From Albugo candida (lineage: Eukaryota), in the NCBI GenBank assembly GCA_040437565.1, contig JBDOQK010000038.1, positions 248,001 to 312,000 on the forward strand: 64,000 nt of DNA, in the 5' to 3' direction. Positions 12,988-25,821 of this stretch are shown piece by piece. The notes beneath the pieces are model-generated. The model did not search any database and was not told the DNA's origin. It saw nothing but the letters and a program-made list of their open reading frames with translations. Positions within the stretch are counted from its first letter, which is position 1; the number at the start of each line of letters is the position of its first letter. Both the position numbers and the translations under genes were made by a program.

Positions 12988-13467
12988 TCAGATCTCATAA
13001 TTTTGATCACGAAAAATCGCTTTTATAGAGTTGGTGTATTTTACCTCTCCGAGTACGACGCCTAATTCGTTATGTGTGCACTTGCCCTTCCTACAAAAAC
13101 GAGGTGAAGCGCAATCAAATGTAGTTTCGCATCCCATGCCAGCGTCTTGAAAAGCAAAATTCGACTGGATACCAAACAGAACCAAGACTATATTTTCGCT
13201 CGTAAAATGCTTGAGCTGCGTAACTTTGTATTCCTCACCAAATTGCATTCATGCTCTTTATCACTTAAAATGATAATCGCTGCCGTTCATTGTCAAAAGA
13301 AGCCTGGATCAAATCACCACAGAGCGTAGAGTCGGCAGGGAACTTGAACTGCAGATCATATTTGGGCGAATCAAATACCAAACTGTCCGCAATAAGAATA
13401 CTTTGCTTGAGATCTTCCGAAATACCAAAATAGGAAGGATGAAAGGGTAGAAGTACTTGAACGCCAT
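12988..13467 (-). pseudogene. Pseudogene paralog of the secreted Cys-rich protein at 56164-56790
   Basis: Aligns with the 56-kb protein at MAFKYFYPFILPILVF/MALKFLFHFTLSVFVF, LCGDLIQASFDN/PCLQIIQVSFDG, CETTFDCASPRFC..KCTHNELGV/CKDITQCATPHIC..KCTNNKVGV and FRDQNYEI/FMDPAFEI. Several frameshifts. Confidence 0.8.
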
Positions 13468-13491
13468 TACCCGGGGATGTTGTTTCTAGGG

Positions 13492-13507
13492 GAAAGCGAA
13501 AGTGAGC
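13492..13507 (-). promoter_or_regulatory. Oomycete INR+FPR core promoter element
   Basis: GCTCACTTTCGCTTTC fits GCTCAYTYBNNNWTTY, 24 nt upstream of the ATG at 13467. Same position as the element at 56815. Confidence 0.65.
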
Positions 13508-13999
13508 GACAAAATGTCTCTCTTGTGATTGATTGCGTCAGAAGGTATAGTTCTGGAATCTCATGGGTGCCTCATTGGTAGATAGAGTCTGAATAAAGGG
13601 TGTAAGTATCTTCCCTCCATAGAGAGACTATCCATGCATTATGTAATATCGAATTGGGAATGAATCCGTCTTTTGGTTAAGGAAGGGCACATAGTAATGT
13701 TGTGATTTACAATGCAATGGTACATTCCCTATAACAGTGTAAATGTAAAGAAGAGCAGTGAGCATAGAGACTGGTGCGTATGAGTTTCATATAAGTTGAT
13801 GGTACTATACCATAGTATAGTCCTGTCATATCGCAAGCCTTTATAATTCGTTACGCTATAATGATGCATGCTCAATACCATTTGCTTGAGGCTCGTGTTT
13901 GATTGTCGAAAGCTATGGTATACGTACAATGGAGGCGGCAATCACTCTATTTCAGAACCACCAGTATCACAAGATGTTTGAATCCAGAATTATAGAAGC

Positions 14000-15861
14000 G
14001 CCAAAGAATGAAAGAGAAGATCATATCCGCGGACTTATGAAAGTCGCCAACGGCTTGGACACTCGATGCTTATTTCTTATACGGATACTGATTGGCTGCA
14101 ATACGGCACTTGTCGCTATATGATTGGCTAGAACTTGAAGAAAGCATAATGAGTAAATTCGNNNNNNNNNNNNNNNNNNNNNNNNNNNNNNNNNNNNNNN
14201 NNNNNNNNNNNNNNNNNNNNNNNNNNNNNNNNNNNNNNNNNNNNNNNNNNNNNNNNNNNNNCTAGAACTTGAAGAAAGCATAATGAGTAAATTCGATGAT
14301 ATGAGTGTTATGGCACTCACGAGTCCTACTCATTCTCAGGAGGGATCTGATTTTTTCCCGTACTTTGCACAATGTTCATGAGGTCAAGACTCAGTTTCTC
14401 CAACAATTGATAGAATTGGAAGCAGAATGTGCGAAGCATTTCGTTCCTTGCAAAATTGCGCGTGTTGGGATCGCTTTCCGACGGAAATGACGTCTGGAAA
14501 TGGACAAATCGTTCATACAGCTACAGCAATTCCTCTTGAAGTGCTTGACGCGGTAATCTTTAAGTATAATTCTCTGCTTAATTCATTGAACTGTCGTTTA
14601 ATGTGTGTAACATTCTTTATTAGGATCAAGTGTACGTCGAAGCGATCCGAACGTCCTTGAATTCATCAGTATTCAAACCCGTACCGAGAAGTCTTTCTGA
14701 GGTACTTTTTCAATCTTTCAGGACGCCTTCAAATTATTGACGCGCTCACAGGAACAATTCGCCGACAAGTTGGATCAGTTTATCGCAAGCATCCGTAAAG
14801 ATGTCCTACATCGATATATTACCGAATTTAGGTGCAATACAAAAGTGTTATCGACCGTATCACTTATAGAGGATGCTCCTTACACGAGGATTTGAATCGT
14901 ACCCATACACTCGTTTGTGAATTGTTCAATTCACTACAATCAATTTTGAATTGTCCTTTGGACGGCTGGGGTTTGGAATTGACGTCTTTATCTCCGTTCA
15001 AAAGTCGATGCGAATACGTAAAAGGAATGGCAGAATGTTTTAACGAATTCAAAACGCTGCAATTTAGTCGAATTGCTGTTCACCAGAAGCTTTGGAAGCG
15101 TATTTGAGGAAGCAGCGTCTGTTCTTCGAACAAATGGCGCACGCGATTTCTGAATCGATGACTGCCGCAGAGCGACGACAGGGATCCTTACAGCGCTTTG
15201 AGCTCATTTCGGACGGTAGCACGCGTGCATCCGGAAAAATATTTGCTGCAAACAATTCGACGGATTTCCAGAAACGTACGTCATCGCAATTCAATTGATC
15301 GCAACTCAATTCATTAAAAAATCGCAAGTCATTGAATTGTAATACTTTGGCTTTTCAGGTGACCACCGCAGTTTAAATGGAATTCGATCCAGGCTCATTG
15401 TCCATCCAGTCGCCTCTCCAAAGTCTTCTGGTACGCAATTTCGTCGTCTTGTCTCCATTCAACCTGTTCCTTTTCGAATTAGCTTGATAAAATCGGTCTT
15501 CTTCGGTTCCAATCAACCGGTTCGCTTTACAATTCGTGGGAATACGTTGTTGGTGCCATCACTTTGAATCGCTATTTCCATTTGTTTGACGTCACTAGAG
15601 TCATTAGATTGACGGACTGGCTACCATTCTATCGCATTCTACGCGAAGTATTTCCATTCCGCTTGCGATTTTTCGAACTGAAATCGCTTGAAATCCGACG
15701 GAAAATGGCAAAAATGTAGCCATCTTCCAAACAACTGAGGCGAATGACGCAACAAATCGTTACAATTTGCTTTGTGAAGCGCAAAAATGATTCATTTCCA
15801 ATGTCACACTCAAGAAGAAATGGTCGCGCGGGTCGTTGCAGTTGATGCCGTGGAAACGTAA
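14000..15861 (+). pseudogene. Pseudogene copy of the BAR-like/PH-domain gene at 57434-59006
   Basis: Colinear nucleotide similarity including introns (e.g. CAGGAACAATTCGCCGACAAGTTGGA shared). Multiple frameshifts and stops. Confidence 0.9.
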
Positions 15862-15879
15862 TAGTGTATCAGTCTCTCA

Positions 15880-16975
15880 AGTTTAATTCATTTTCACAAG
15901 AACAGGGTCGAACAATATTTGAATCGCCACATCAGCGCCATCAACTGCGAGCTGATCGCCAGAAGTTGAGAAATCCAATGTGAAGACTCCGTGTGTCTTC
16001 CTGGTAATGCTTCCTAACAGCTAAAATGCAAAGAATTGGTAGATGGTGATGAGAGTATAACTGTAATTATTACGTAGTTTGATGTTATCACGATAAATAC
16101 TTTTGTTTTGTTCGATTCGCTTCCTCCTGCAGCTATTAGTTGCTGTGTGGTGCCTTTGGAGAATTGCGCTGCATATACAAAACATGCTTCGCCTTTGGAA
16201 TTACTCTGATACCAAGGAATCGAGCATAATTGCTTCCCAGACGTAAAATCCCACAGCTATCCATCAAACTTAATACCCCGTGTACGTTCATATTCTGAGT
16301 ACTTTACCTCGAGAGGATTTTCAGGTCGCCAGGAACCCATCAAAATCTCATTCTGATCGTTGATATCGACAGCGTCTCCGGTAAGATGCGGTCCATAAAT
16401 TGCACGCAAAGAGGGTTTGATTCACACAACCCAATTCCCAACCTCCAGAAATGATTACATGCTCCAATTTCGGATGATACTTAAGTGACAAGACACGGTT
16501 CGAATGCCCGGCGATTGTCATTACCGTACTTCGAAACGGAATGTGTTATCAGGAAATAAGATTAAGGTAAGGGCAATGTAAGGACGTACTCGCCTTTCAT
16601 TGTGGCGATCTCTTTTCGTCGAATACGTGCACCAGATATCAAGCAAGAGTCCAGTATAACTTAATGGAGGTCGCGGACGGCGTAATCTCTACCAGCGACT
16701 CCAAATTGAGTTCTGCCAGGACAATGATCCAATGCGTATAATGCATTGGAAACTTTGTGCATACAATTTCCAGAGCTTATGTGCCAATGTTGAACATCGA
16801 GCGGTCTGCGTATTAATTGTGGTAATTAAAATCACCGCGCCAGGTAATATACCGGCTCAATTGATAAATGATGACGTACTCACAGCAAGCAAAACATTTT
16901 TTGTAGCGTTCATTAACAGCCGAGATCGAATTGTAGTAGTAAACGGAATATTGTGATTTGGGAGTGTGTGCGCCA
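15880..16975 (-). pseudogene. 5'-truncated pseudogene copy of the WD40 gene at 59025-60499
   Basis: Colinear with 59025-60295, with internal deletions. Ends abruptly near 16975, where the repeat shared with 37290 begins. Confidence 0.9.
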
Positions 16976-16976
16976 A

Positions 16977-18284
16977 AATTGCAAATTGCTTCGATCTCGT
17001 CATCGATCGCTGTACTTGACAGATTTGCTACTTCAACTTCAAGGTATTGTGTTGTTGCACGATCGTAAGCGCTACAATCGGTGCTGTTAGTAGGTTGCAT
17101 GAAGGTACAAAAGTCGTGTCGGTATTCGAGGAGCCAATCGATTGACAAATCGGTGTGGTCTTTGCAGCTTCCACAGACACAGAATTTATTGGATTGATCT
17201 TTACACATTCCTTGGATACTGTATGATTCATATTTGTTGTGTCCAAGTCAGACGAAAATAAGGCATTAATGCCACGCACGGTACCTCATGCTGAGGAAGA
17301 GATGATGTCTTTGATAGATGTAATAATCCAAGCGTCTGTCTGGCCTGATAAAAACGATCCTTAGATTGGCTACCATGTCTTTCTTTCTCTCGTATCCATC
17401 CTTAATGCTGTGTGGCGGTAATGGCGGCTGCGATTGTTGCTCCATTGCACATGAATCAGATCTGATATGGACGGATCTGATACTGAGACCGTGTCCACTA
17501 CGGTTCCACGCGAGATACGTATGTGTTTCTTTCCACACTGAGAAAGGTACACATGTGCCTGAATCGACGTACTGTACATCAGTAATGTGTGCACTCTCAG
17601 TCTCAATAAGATCGTCAACAAAGCAGACCTTATACAGATAATCTTCCTGGAGCAAAAAAAAAGCTTTTCAAACTCGGAATGCTCCCCACGCGCGTGCCAG
17701 ATATCCCAATTATCACAAAATCCATTTGAATTCTGCGCTAGACGTAAATAAATGGCACAAACGCTTATCGATTCGGTGAAAGCCGTAAACGGTGTCTCGG
17801 TTGCGAACGTGAATTGTTTGTTGTTTAGGCTGTGCACGGTACTTTCTAAACGGTTCCGAATGTGAGTGCGGTCTCGTTCATAGTGCTTCCTCTGCGAAAG
17901 AATGCTCCAATCTGCCGGCTAGATTGCACTTCATCGCTAGGGTTCGGAACATGCAAGCGAAACACAGCCGTTCAATACACGGTGACAGTCTCCAACATAA
18001 TACAATGGATGTCCTCCAACTGTCAATAAATCCAATTCTTTCGCATCGTACGGTAAGTCTTCTCCAAAGTATGAAAACCAATGAATGATGGTGCTTTCCT
18101 TTTCTGGACCATCGGGGATCTTTATGTGGACGCTAAGGCAATTGAGGCACTGAATGATTGAGTATGCGTATTGGAGCTTCTTCACGTTGAGTTCCGCTGG
18201 AAATGCAATTTTTCCATAAACCTTAAAAAAACATAGATTGCAGAAGAGTTCGTTGCTTCTTGACGTCCTTACATATCGCTTGGG
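16977..18284 (-). pseudogene. Second CCG-like effector pseudogene (N-terminus lost in the gap)
   Basis: Reading from the gap edge at 18284 gives PKRYVRTSRSNELFCNLCFFKVYGKIAF...IQCLNCLSVH, where CNLCFFKVYG is an exact CxxCxxxxxG. Downstream frames are Cys-rich with stops and frameshifts. The part 16977-17425 is duplicated at 37290-37745. Confidence 0.5.
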
Positions 18285-21093
18285 NNNNNNNNNNNNNNNN
18301 NNNNNNNNNNNNNNNNNNNNNNNNNNNNNNNNNNNNNNNNNNNNNNNNNNNNNNNNNNNNNNNNNNNNNNNNNNNNNNNNNNNNTCAGTCGTTTCAGATA
18401 TAAAAAATTGTCACTTAGCACTGAGCTTACCCAATTAGGAACCCGTGCAAATGTAGGGTCCACATCCTGTAATATTTAATTTTATCCTAATCAACAGCCG
18501 TAACAGAAAGGCCAAATACGTGTGGATGGCTCTCACTGTATACATATCAGTACTTCTCAATATGCCGGCTACTACGTAACCCGCTAAGTTAGTACAAAAC
18601 AACTCGAAGAACTACTTTTTTCAACTCTTTCCTCTCGAAAACAATGGTTCAAGTCGACATATCGACACAACCAAGGGTGCTAGCGTCCACTTGTAGTGAC
18701 GTGGCAACCCTCATGAGTCACCCTGTTTTGGGTGATTGCATGTTTGTTGATGAGTCATCACCCCTATGTGATGACGTGGAAAGTACCCCCACCCCCAGTG
18801 TGACGGTACAGGGTAATACCGGTAGTACCGGTGTAGGATGTGGTACCGGTGNNNNNNNNNNNNNNNNNNNNNNNNNNNNNNNNNNNNNNNNNNNNNNNNN
18901 NNNNNNNNNNNNNNNNNNNNNNNNNNNNNNNNNNNNNNNNNNNNNNNNNNNGCTTGCATTGCAAGCGGTGACACTACACTTCGTCTGGACAGATCGTAAT
19001 CTTCGTTTGGTCGATCAGCGATCAGCAACTCCGACAGTTCCACCACTTTCCGTGATCTACACCACGTTTAGTGCGCACGTTCGGTACTTTCGAAGACAGT
19101 GTTACGACCAAGTAGAAAGCATTCGGCTTGCAAAGGTGCTGGATCAACTCGCAACGCAAGGATCATTTGGTGGATTTTTCAGAAGTCGAAGATCATTGCT
19201 TCGGGTACGGCACAGACAAGTCAAAATGCAAGTGCAACTCAGATCCTAGTCCTAGTTGGATGGCCTTGTTCCGCCTAGTGTGGCGCACACCAATGTGAAA
19301 ACCACGGTACTTTTGGACCAAATTTACAACTTTACAAACTGACCACTTAACAACTTGACAAGTTTCAACATTTATCCGTTGCACGATGGACACACTCTCG
19401 TACTGTAGTGGTGAACGCTACCGCAGTGCAGGACTAGCAACGAGAGACATATTATCAACTATCACAGGTATTTCACGAAACGTTTTTTATATGTATATAT
19501 GCTATTTAAGGTAGCCTAGGCAACTAGAGAAGTCAGTTAGTCTAATTCTAGTAATATAGACACCTTCAACTGATCTATGAATATCTACCAGTATGATGCG
19601 GGCATGGCATTCATCAATTGAAGAAGATGTATACCCATTTAACTCCTGAAGGTGTCGACATGAACCCAACTCAGGCTTTGAAACTCAATCCAAGCTTGTG
19701 AGCCTAAAACAGATTAGTGCGACATTTTTCAAGTCAATTATGATTATTTTCATGCACATGGTTTTCCTGAGATGTGTTCCGATTTCGTGCGTATACGTCA
19801 GTGATGATATAAACCTCTCGTGAACACGTGACCTTGAATGTCGACGACTTGCTAAGTGGAGATGTCAGGAAGATTCGGAGTATAAAAAGGTAGCACATGA
19901 ACTTGCTATTAATTTTCAATTATCAAGAATAGTAAATGTACTATACATCCTGTGAGTTGAAAGTGATGTTCCCAAAGTGCTTGCACTGAAAGGATTATCG
20001 ATAAGTCCGATAGTGCCGCGGCAGAAAGTGTGTACAATCGAAGTGGAAGGCCATAAAATTTACAACTCTGAGAAGAACGATATAAAATAGAGAATCGTTC
20101 GTATGGCGGGCTCTCTTCTGTATTTGGCATTTGATCAAGCCCGCAATTGCGTTGGCGATGAAGTGAACTGAAACGTACGCTATGTGCATGCTACGGTATC
20201 TGAATCCAAACGCGATGTTTCATTGAAATTAGTCGGACGGATGAAGGTGAATGCATCCACTAATATAATTGGGTAACCAACAAGACATCAGAAGTCTTGA
20301 TGGTGAAAAACAACTTTCCAGCCACCGTGTAAGTCGAAATGTGGCACTTTAAGTGTGCTCTCGTAAACTATTGTAGACAAAACATTTATTTAGGGGGATA
20401 ACGATAATGATTGACGCTAGCTACTGTGTATGAAGATAGAAAGAGCGAAATCGCAATCGCCAAGAAAGATGGCAACATAGGAGACCCAGCAACATCATCA
20501 TACGTTCTCTATTTGTCCTTGAATACGTCAAGCCAAGGGTATTCATCTGGATTATATCGCGACTCGGCTACAACGAGCCGTATTCCTGACTAAAAACAAT
20601 TCAAAAGAAACCTTTTAGCTTCTTCAGGTCAAGTCAAAAATTGTAAACTTCTCCACGATGAATTTATTGACAATAAAGTCTGTGGACGCTCAATTTTTGA
20701 GTAGAGGAGTTCATGATTCGACTCCTCGACATGAAATGCCATTTTAAATAGGCAGCATTATGTAGGCAGAGGTAGGTCTAAGCGTGGTAATCTGAGCTAA
20801 GAAGCCTTCTTCCCATATTTCCTCAACGACTAAATCTGATCATATTGACACAGCACCTATATTGAGTACAAATATCTCCGAAATTGTGGTAATTTTCTGC
20901 GTACAAAGCAATTTGGAATGGTATAGATGTCCTTAGCATTGATTATCGGCGCGTATGATTTACCGGAAAACGTACAATCGATGTGAGGTGAATATTCGAG
21001 AAGAGAAAAATGGTTGAATGGAGCAGCAAAACGCCTAGAAGCAATTATACTGCTGTTCTTATTTGAAATAGTTCTGTCTTTGAACTAGAGGCC

Positions 21094-21352
21094 TGTTAAA
21101 AGATGCGTAGTGCTCAGCAGGTAACAAATTGAATACCTGAAATAGACTTAGGTCCTTAGTTCTCAAACGCTCTTAATACGCTAAGACTAATACTTTTCTT
21201 CGCCTATACCTTGACAGTTTTCCATACTGCGCATTACTAATCGTAGAGACGCGCATCAGAAATCGCCTGGACGGCGCGTCGGTAATCCTGTGCCGTTACC
21301 AGCATGCATCGTGCGATAGCGTAACTTGACAACAATACACCCTTCTTCAACG
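21094..21352 (-). repeat. 3' LTR of the Copia element; PPT (GAGGAGGAG) adjacent at about 21353-21361
   Basis: TGTTAAAAGATGCG...CTTCAACG, a direct repeat of 25822-26079. Confidence 0.95.
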
Positions 21353-24300
21353 CTCCTCCTCGCGATCGTATCATCGGCACCTTAGCTAGTGTAAACCCAC
21401 TAGCGGTCGCAGCTTGGCGAGCTTGTGCTTGTCTACTGCTTTGTTCAATAGGTCCGCGATCATAAGCTTGGACTGTACGTAGCGTGGCTCAAAGATGCCC
21501 CGATGAACAAGTTTATTAATAAACTTGAGGCGCACGTAGATATGTTTAGACCTCAATGAAGAAGCCTCGCCTTCGATCTGACGAATAGCCGCTTGATAAT
21601 CTACGTGCATCTGCATGGGCAGATCGGCGTGAGTTCAACTTCCATTAGCATCTCTGGACTCCGAGGAACTCGCGAGCCGTTTCTGACGCTGCTACAAAAT
21701 GGGCTTCCATTGTCAAGAGGGAAACTCCTCCTTGTTTCGTCACAGCCCAGCTCAAGAGCATTCTGTTAAGCATCAATATAGTACCAGTTAGAGACTTCTT
21801 CTCGCTCTTGTCTGCGGCGAAGGCCGTATCGCTGTAGGATTCCAGATTAACTTCACCTTTTCTCTTTGCATCAGTGCGCATCTCGAGTTACATGTCCTTG
21901 CTCCCAGCGAGGTATCGGGCAACTTTCTTTGCCAGTACACAATCTTGTTTCTTTGGATCATGTGTTTGACGTGTTGCCTTGTGCACCGCAAACGTGATAT
22001 CAGGCCGACCGAGTACATCGCGCGACCCACAGTAGGCTACCAAACAGGGACTGAAACGACTTGATTGTTGGTTTTCTAGGATCTGCAATATTCTTTAGAA
22101 GGACACTGCTCGATCCAAACTTCATTGTAGCAGTCGTCACTGATCGGTGTACATGAAGAATTAGCCAACACTGGCCCGTGCTCCCGAAGCAGCTCAGCAA
22201 TCGCCTTCTCCTGTTCCAGAACTTACGCGCACGTGTAGAGCGCCTTCACTCAAATACCAAGTAATTTTGACACTGGTCCTAGATTCTTGATCGAAAGCGA
22301 TTTCATAGCCGTAAAAAACAATCGACGCTTCAGCCGTGGTCGCTATGACTAGAAGGTCATCAACGTAGCCACCCACTATCATCCTCTCATGACCGTCGCG
22401 CTTAACCTATAGGCACATATCACTAATGCACTGTCTGAATCCTGCGTCTTGAGGTTTTGTCTGCAGCATTTGACTTCAAAGTCGTCCTGCTTGCTAAAGC
22501 CCATAGAGGCTCTTCTTCAGCCCGAGAGCTACGTCGCATTTTTTCGATACTCCAATTCTCTTTACCTTCTCTTCGCTAATTTTCATGCCGATTGGTACAT
22601 GCATCATTATCTTCAGGTGCTCTTCCTTGTTAGCTTTAGTGTAAGCATCTGGGATATCACCGTGCTTTGACGGTGCACCCCAGATCGCCGAAAGTCCCAG
22701 GATCATCTTCATTGTTGACATGTCCATCACAGCGGCAAGGTAAGCGAGTAGTCAACACCGAAGACTTGCTCGTTCCCACATGCAACCAGTCGCGCCTTGA
22801 GTCTTTCTACTGCACCGTTTGCATCTGTCTTCGTCTGAAACACCCACTTACTGTGTAGCAAATTTGGTCGCTTGATCACATTCCACACATCGTTATCCTC
22901 AAGAGCTTGGATTTCTTCGAGCATGGCCTTGCACCAGCCTTCGGCATTCCAACCGCGCATCTCTTCAGCTTGTGGCTTCGGGTCTGTCTCATAGGCTCGT
23001 AGCACGGTGGCCACAGAATCAGTCGTACTCCTTATAGCTTGCATCGCCTTCTTTGTTGATGCGCGTGTTGCATAAGGGACACATATCCATAGCTTGCTCT
23101 TCTCCTTCCCCTCCTTTTTTTGTCACTGTCGCAGCGATTTCGAGTTGTCCTCACGTCACCTTGAAGATCGCACTTCCACCCTCTATCTCTAGAATACGTT
23201 GGAGCTGTCCATTCTGCACGCTGCAAAGTGTCTGGATATTCTTGACGTGTCATGCAACAATGACGACGTTGGCTTTACGTATATGAACACGGTATCCTTT
23301 GGTCTCGTCGCTGCGCCCAAAAATAGTGCCAACCTGCGCCCGATGCGCTAGTGATTTCTTCTTTGGGCCACAATACGCCGTACAAGTTGATCCGAATACA
23401 GCGATGCCGCGTAGATCGGGTGCCTTCTTTGTCAATACTTCAATCGGCGACGCACGATTGGCGTTCGCGCTCGTAGGGCTGCGATTCAAGATGTAGGCCA
23501 AGTATTCGACCGCGTCACCGCAGAAAGACAGCGGGAGATTGCTTGCGAATATCATAGAGCGCGCCATGTTTAGAACTATTCTGTGCATGCGCTCGGCTTT
23601 TCCATTTGATGCTTGGTTTCGCGCCTCGCTCACTTGTTTCGCCACGACGGTTGACTTGCAAAGTAAAGCCACATTTTTGTATTCTCCACCATCGTCAGTT
23701 CGCAGAACGTGGACCTAGCAACTTAAGCGCTTCTCAGCTTCTTAGCCGCTTCATCATTGGTGCGTGCGAGAAACACGCGGCAATAATTGCTCTAGTGATC
23801 CACGAAGGTATCGAGGTACCGATTTCCTATTCGATCCTTTGGTGTCATCGGTCCTTTGAGGTTTGATAGAACACCACCAACACGGTCATTCGGTAAATGC
23901 ACGCCTGTGTCCTTGTGGGACTGCGCACTTTTTGACTGCTTCGCTTGCACGCATGTGACACACGTCACTCGCTCATTATCCTCAGGCCGGATTCCAGATC
24001 TAGACTCACGTGCTATTCTCTCAATGGTGTCGTAGGATAGATGTCCGAAACGTTGGTGAAAGTGCATGAGCGTTTCTGAATGCACACCCTCATCAACTTC
24101 CTGATTTTTTGCTTCATCAATCGCAGCAATGACGGTCTTTAATGGTCCTTCGTCAGCTCTATCTTCTTGCGTCTCGATGACAAGCACGTTGTTGCACATC
24201 GCCACGTCGAACACGACGGCGCCGGTATTCATGGAGATAAGGGCTCACCTGTTATTCTTATACTTGAGCCCGTAACCTTTAAGCTCAAGCTTACCGTATG

Positions 24301-25808
24301 ACACGATATTGCGCCCTAGCAGTGGTGCGTAGTAGACTTTTGTAAGTCGTATAACACTTGCTTTTCCGCATGCCATCAGGTGAATCACCACATTTCCGAC
24401 CATTGTAAGGCGAGCCGGGTTTTTCATTGGCGACCTGGCATTGATCCTCACATTCTCTTGCATCTTCGAGAGGCGCCTCATCATTAACGAGGTGCCTGCT
24501 AGATCCACTATCCAGAATCCACAAGCTGTCCTGGACCTTGGAATCTTGTATGGACAAAGTGTAGTTAAGAATTCCATTTGTCCTGGCAATGTTTCTCCAA
24601 GTACCCTTGATGCCATTGTTTTCTTCGTTTTCTTCTTTTCGTCAGGAAAGACCGACTGAATGTGCCCCACTTCTCCACACCCAAAACAAGTGCGCGTATC
24701 AACGCATGGCTTGCTTTCAGCAACGTCTGTTACGACGTCCTTGCCAAACGAAGAAGTACTTCGCTTATCCAGCTCGACAGACTGTGCGAAATGAGCAAGC
24801 TCTTCAGCTTGAGCATGGTAGTCGGGACAACTCCTGTCGTACTTGGCTATTAGCACCGTGTGAAGCTTAGTCGACGCATAGTGCACAATGTTCTTTAGCA
24901 CTTGCGCTTCAGCGCAGCCAAATGCATCTCTCACCGCCATCAAGTAAAGGTAATGCTCGGGACAGCTTCTATTTGGGTCCTTCCTTGCTATAAAAAGCTT
25001 CATCGACTGGGATGCTGTGATAGTTGTCTTGAATGTCTGATGAAGATGCTCTATAACGTGAGCAAGTGTTGGTGTCTGATACCACCATGTCTCGACCTGC
25101 TTGTTGTAGTAGAGCTCGGCCGTACCACTAAGGTAGTGTCCAAGCAGGTCAGTCTTTACGTCTTCGGACCAGTCGAAATCACATGCCTCTTGAGCGTACT
25201 GGACTTGACGCGTGATTGTCCTTCCCCAGTCCAAGAAATCGGAGCCTAAACCTCGATACAGCATGGAGCCATCGAATTTTCGGATAGCCAATCTTCTTTG
25301 ACGCCCTTCCGGAACTCTCATTGCTTGCTGTGCGTCTGTTTTCATATAATCCTGTGCCGCCACATAATCCATGTCTCATACGGCGCACGCATCGGTAATG
25401 CTGTTTGTGGTGCCCGCCATCTTGGCTGCGCCGCGTTCCGGTCAGCTCTTTTTTGGGATTCACTTGTGCGCTCTTGCTCCGTTCTTGGACGCATCGGCGT
25501 GTTCCCTAGTGAGTCGATGTGCATTGGTGTATCACCGCCACCATTGGCAAGTGAAAAGCGAAACATACCCGACTCAATGGAACCAATCATGCGTTCGTCT
25601 TTATCGCTTTCATCTGCGAGACGTCCATCTGCGTCATTCGTGCTTGCAGGTCGACGAGGGCTGCGAGTATTCTGGTGTTGACGTCATCGCTCATTTCGTA
25701 GACCGTCGTTTCACCTTGAACTACCTCTGGAGACGCCTTGACCCTTTTGTGGCCGGTGTCAACGCTGACCGGAGTTGGCGCGCTTGGCGCGCCGTCGGAA
25801 TCACTCTT

Positions 25809-25821
25809 TGGGCTCATAACC
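25809..25821 (-). promoter_or_regulatory. Primer-binding site of half-tRNA-iMet (Drosophila copia) type
   Basis: GGTTATGAGCCCA directly follows the 5' LTR and resembles the copia PBS GGTTATGGGCCCAG. Confidence 0.8.

Noticed and set aside
18560-19470. Possible Gypsy LTR/gag start (CTACGTAACCCGCTAAGT then MVQV...)
   Set aside because: Resemblance is from memory only, it is broken by a gap, and no diagnostic domain or paired LTR is visible.
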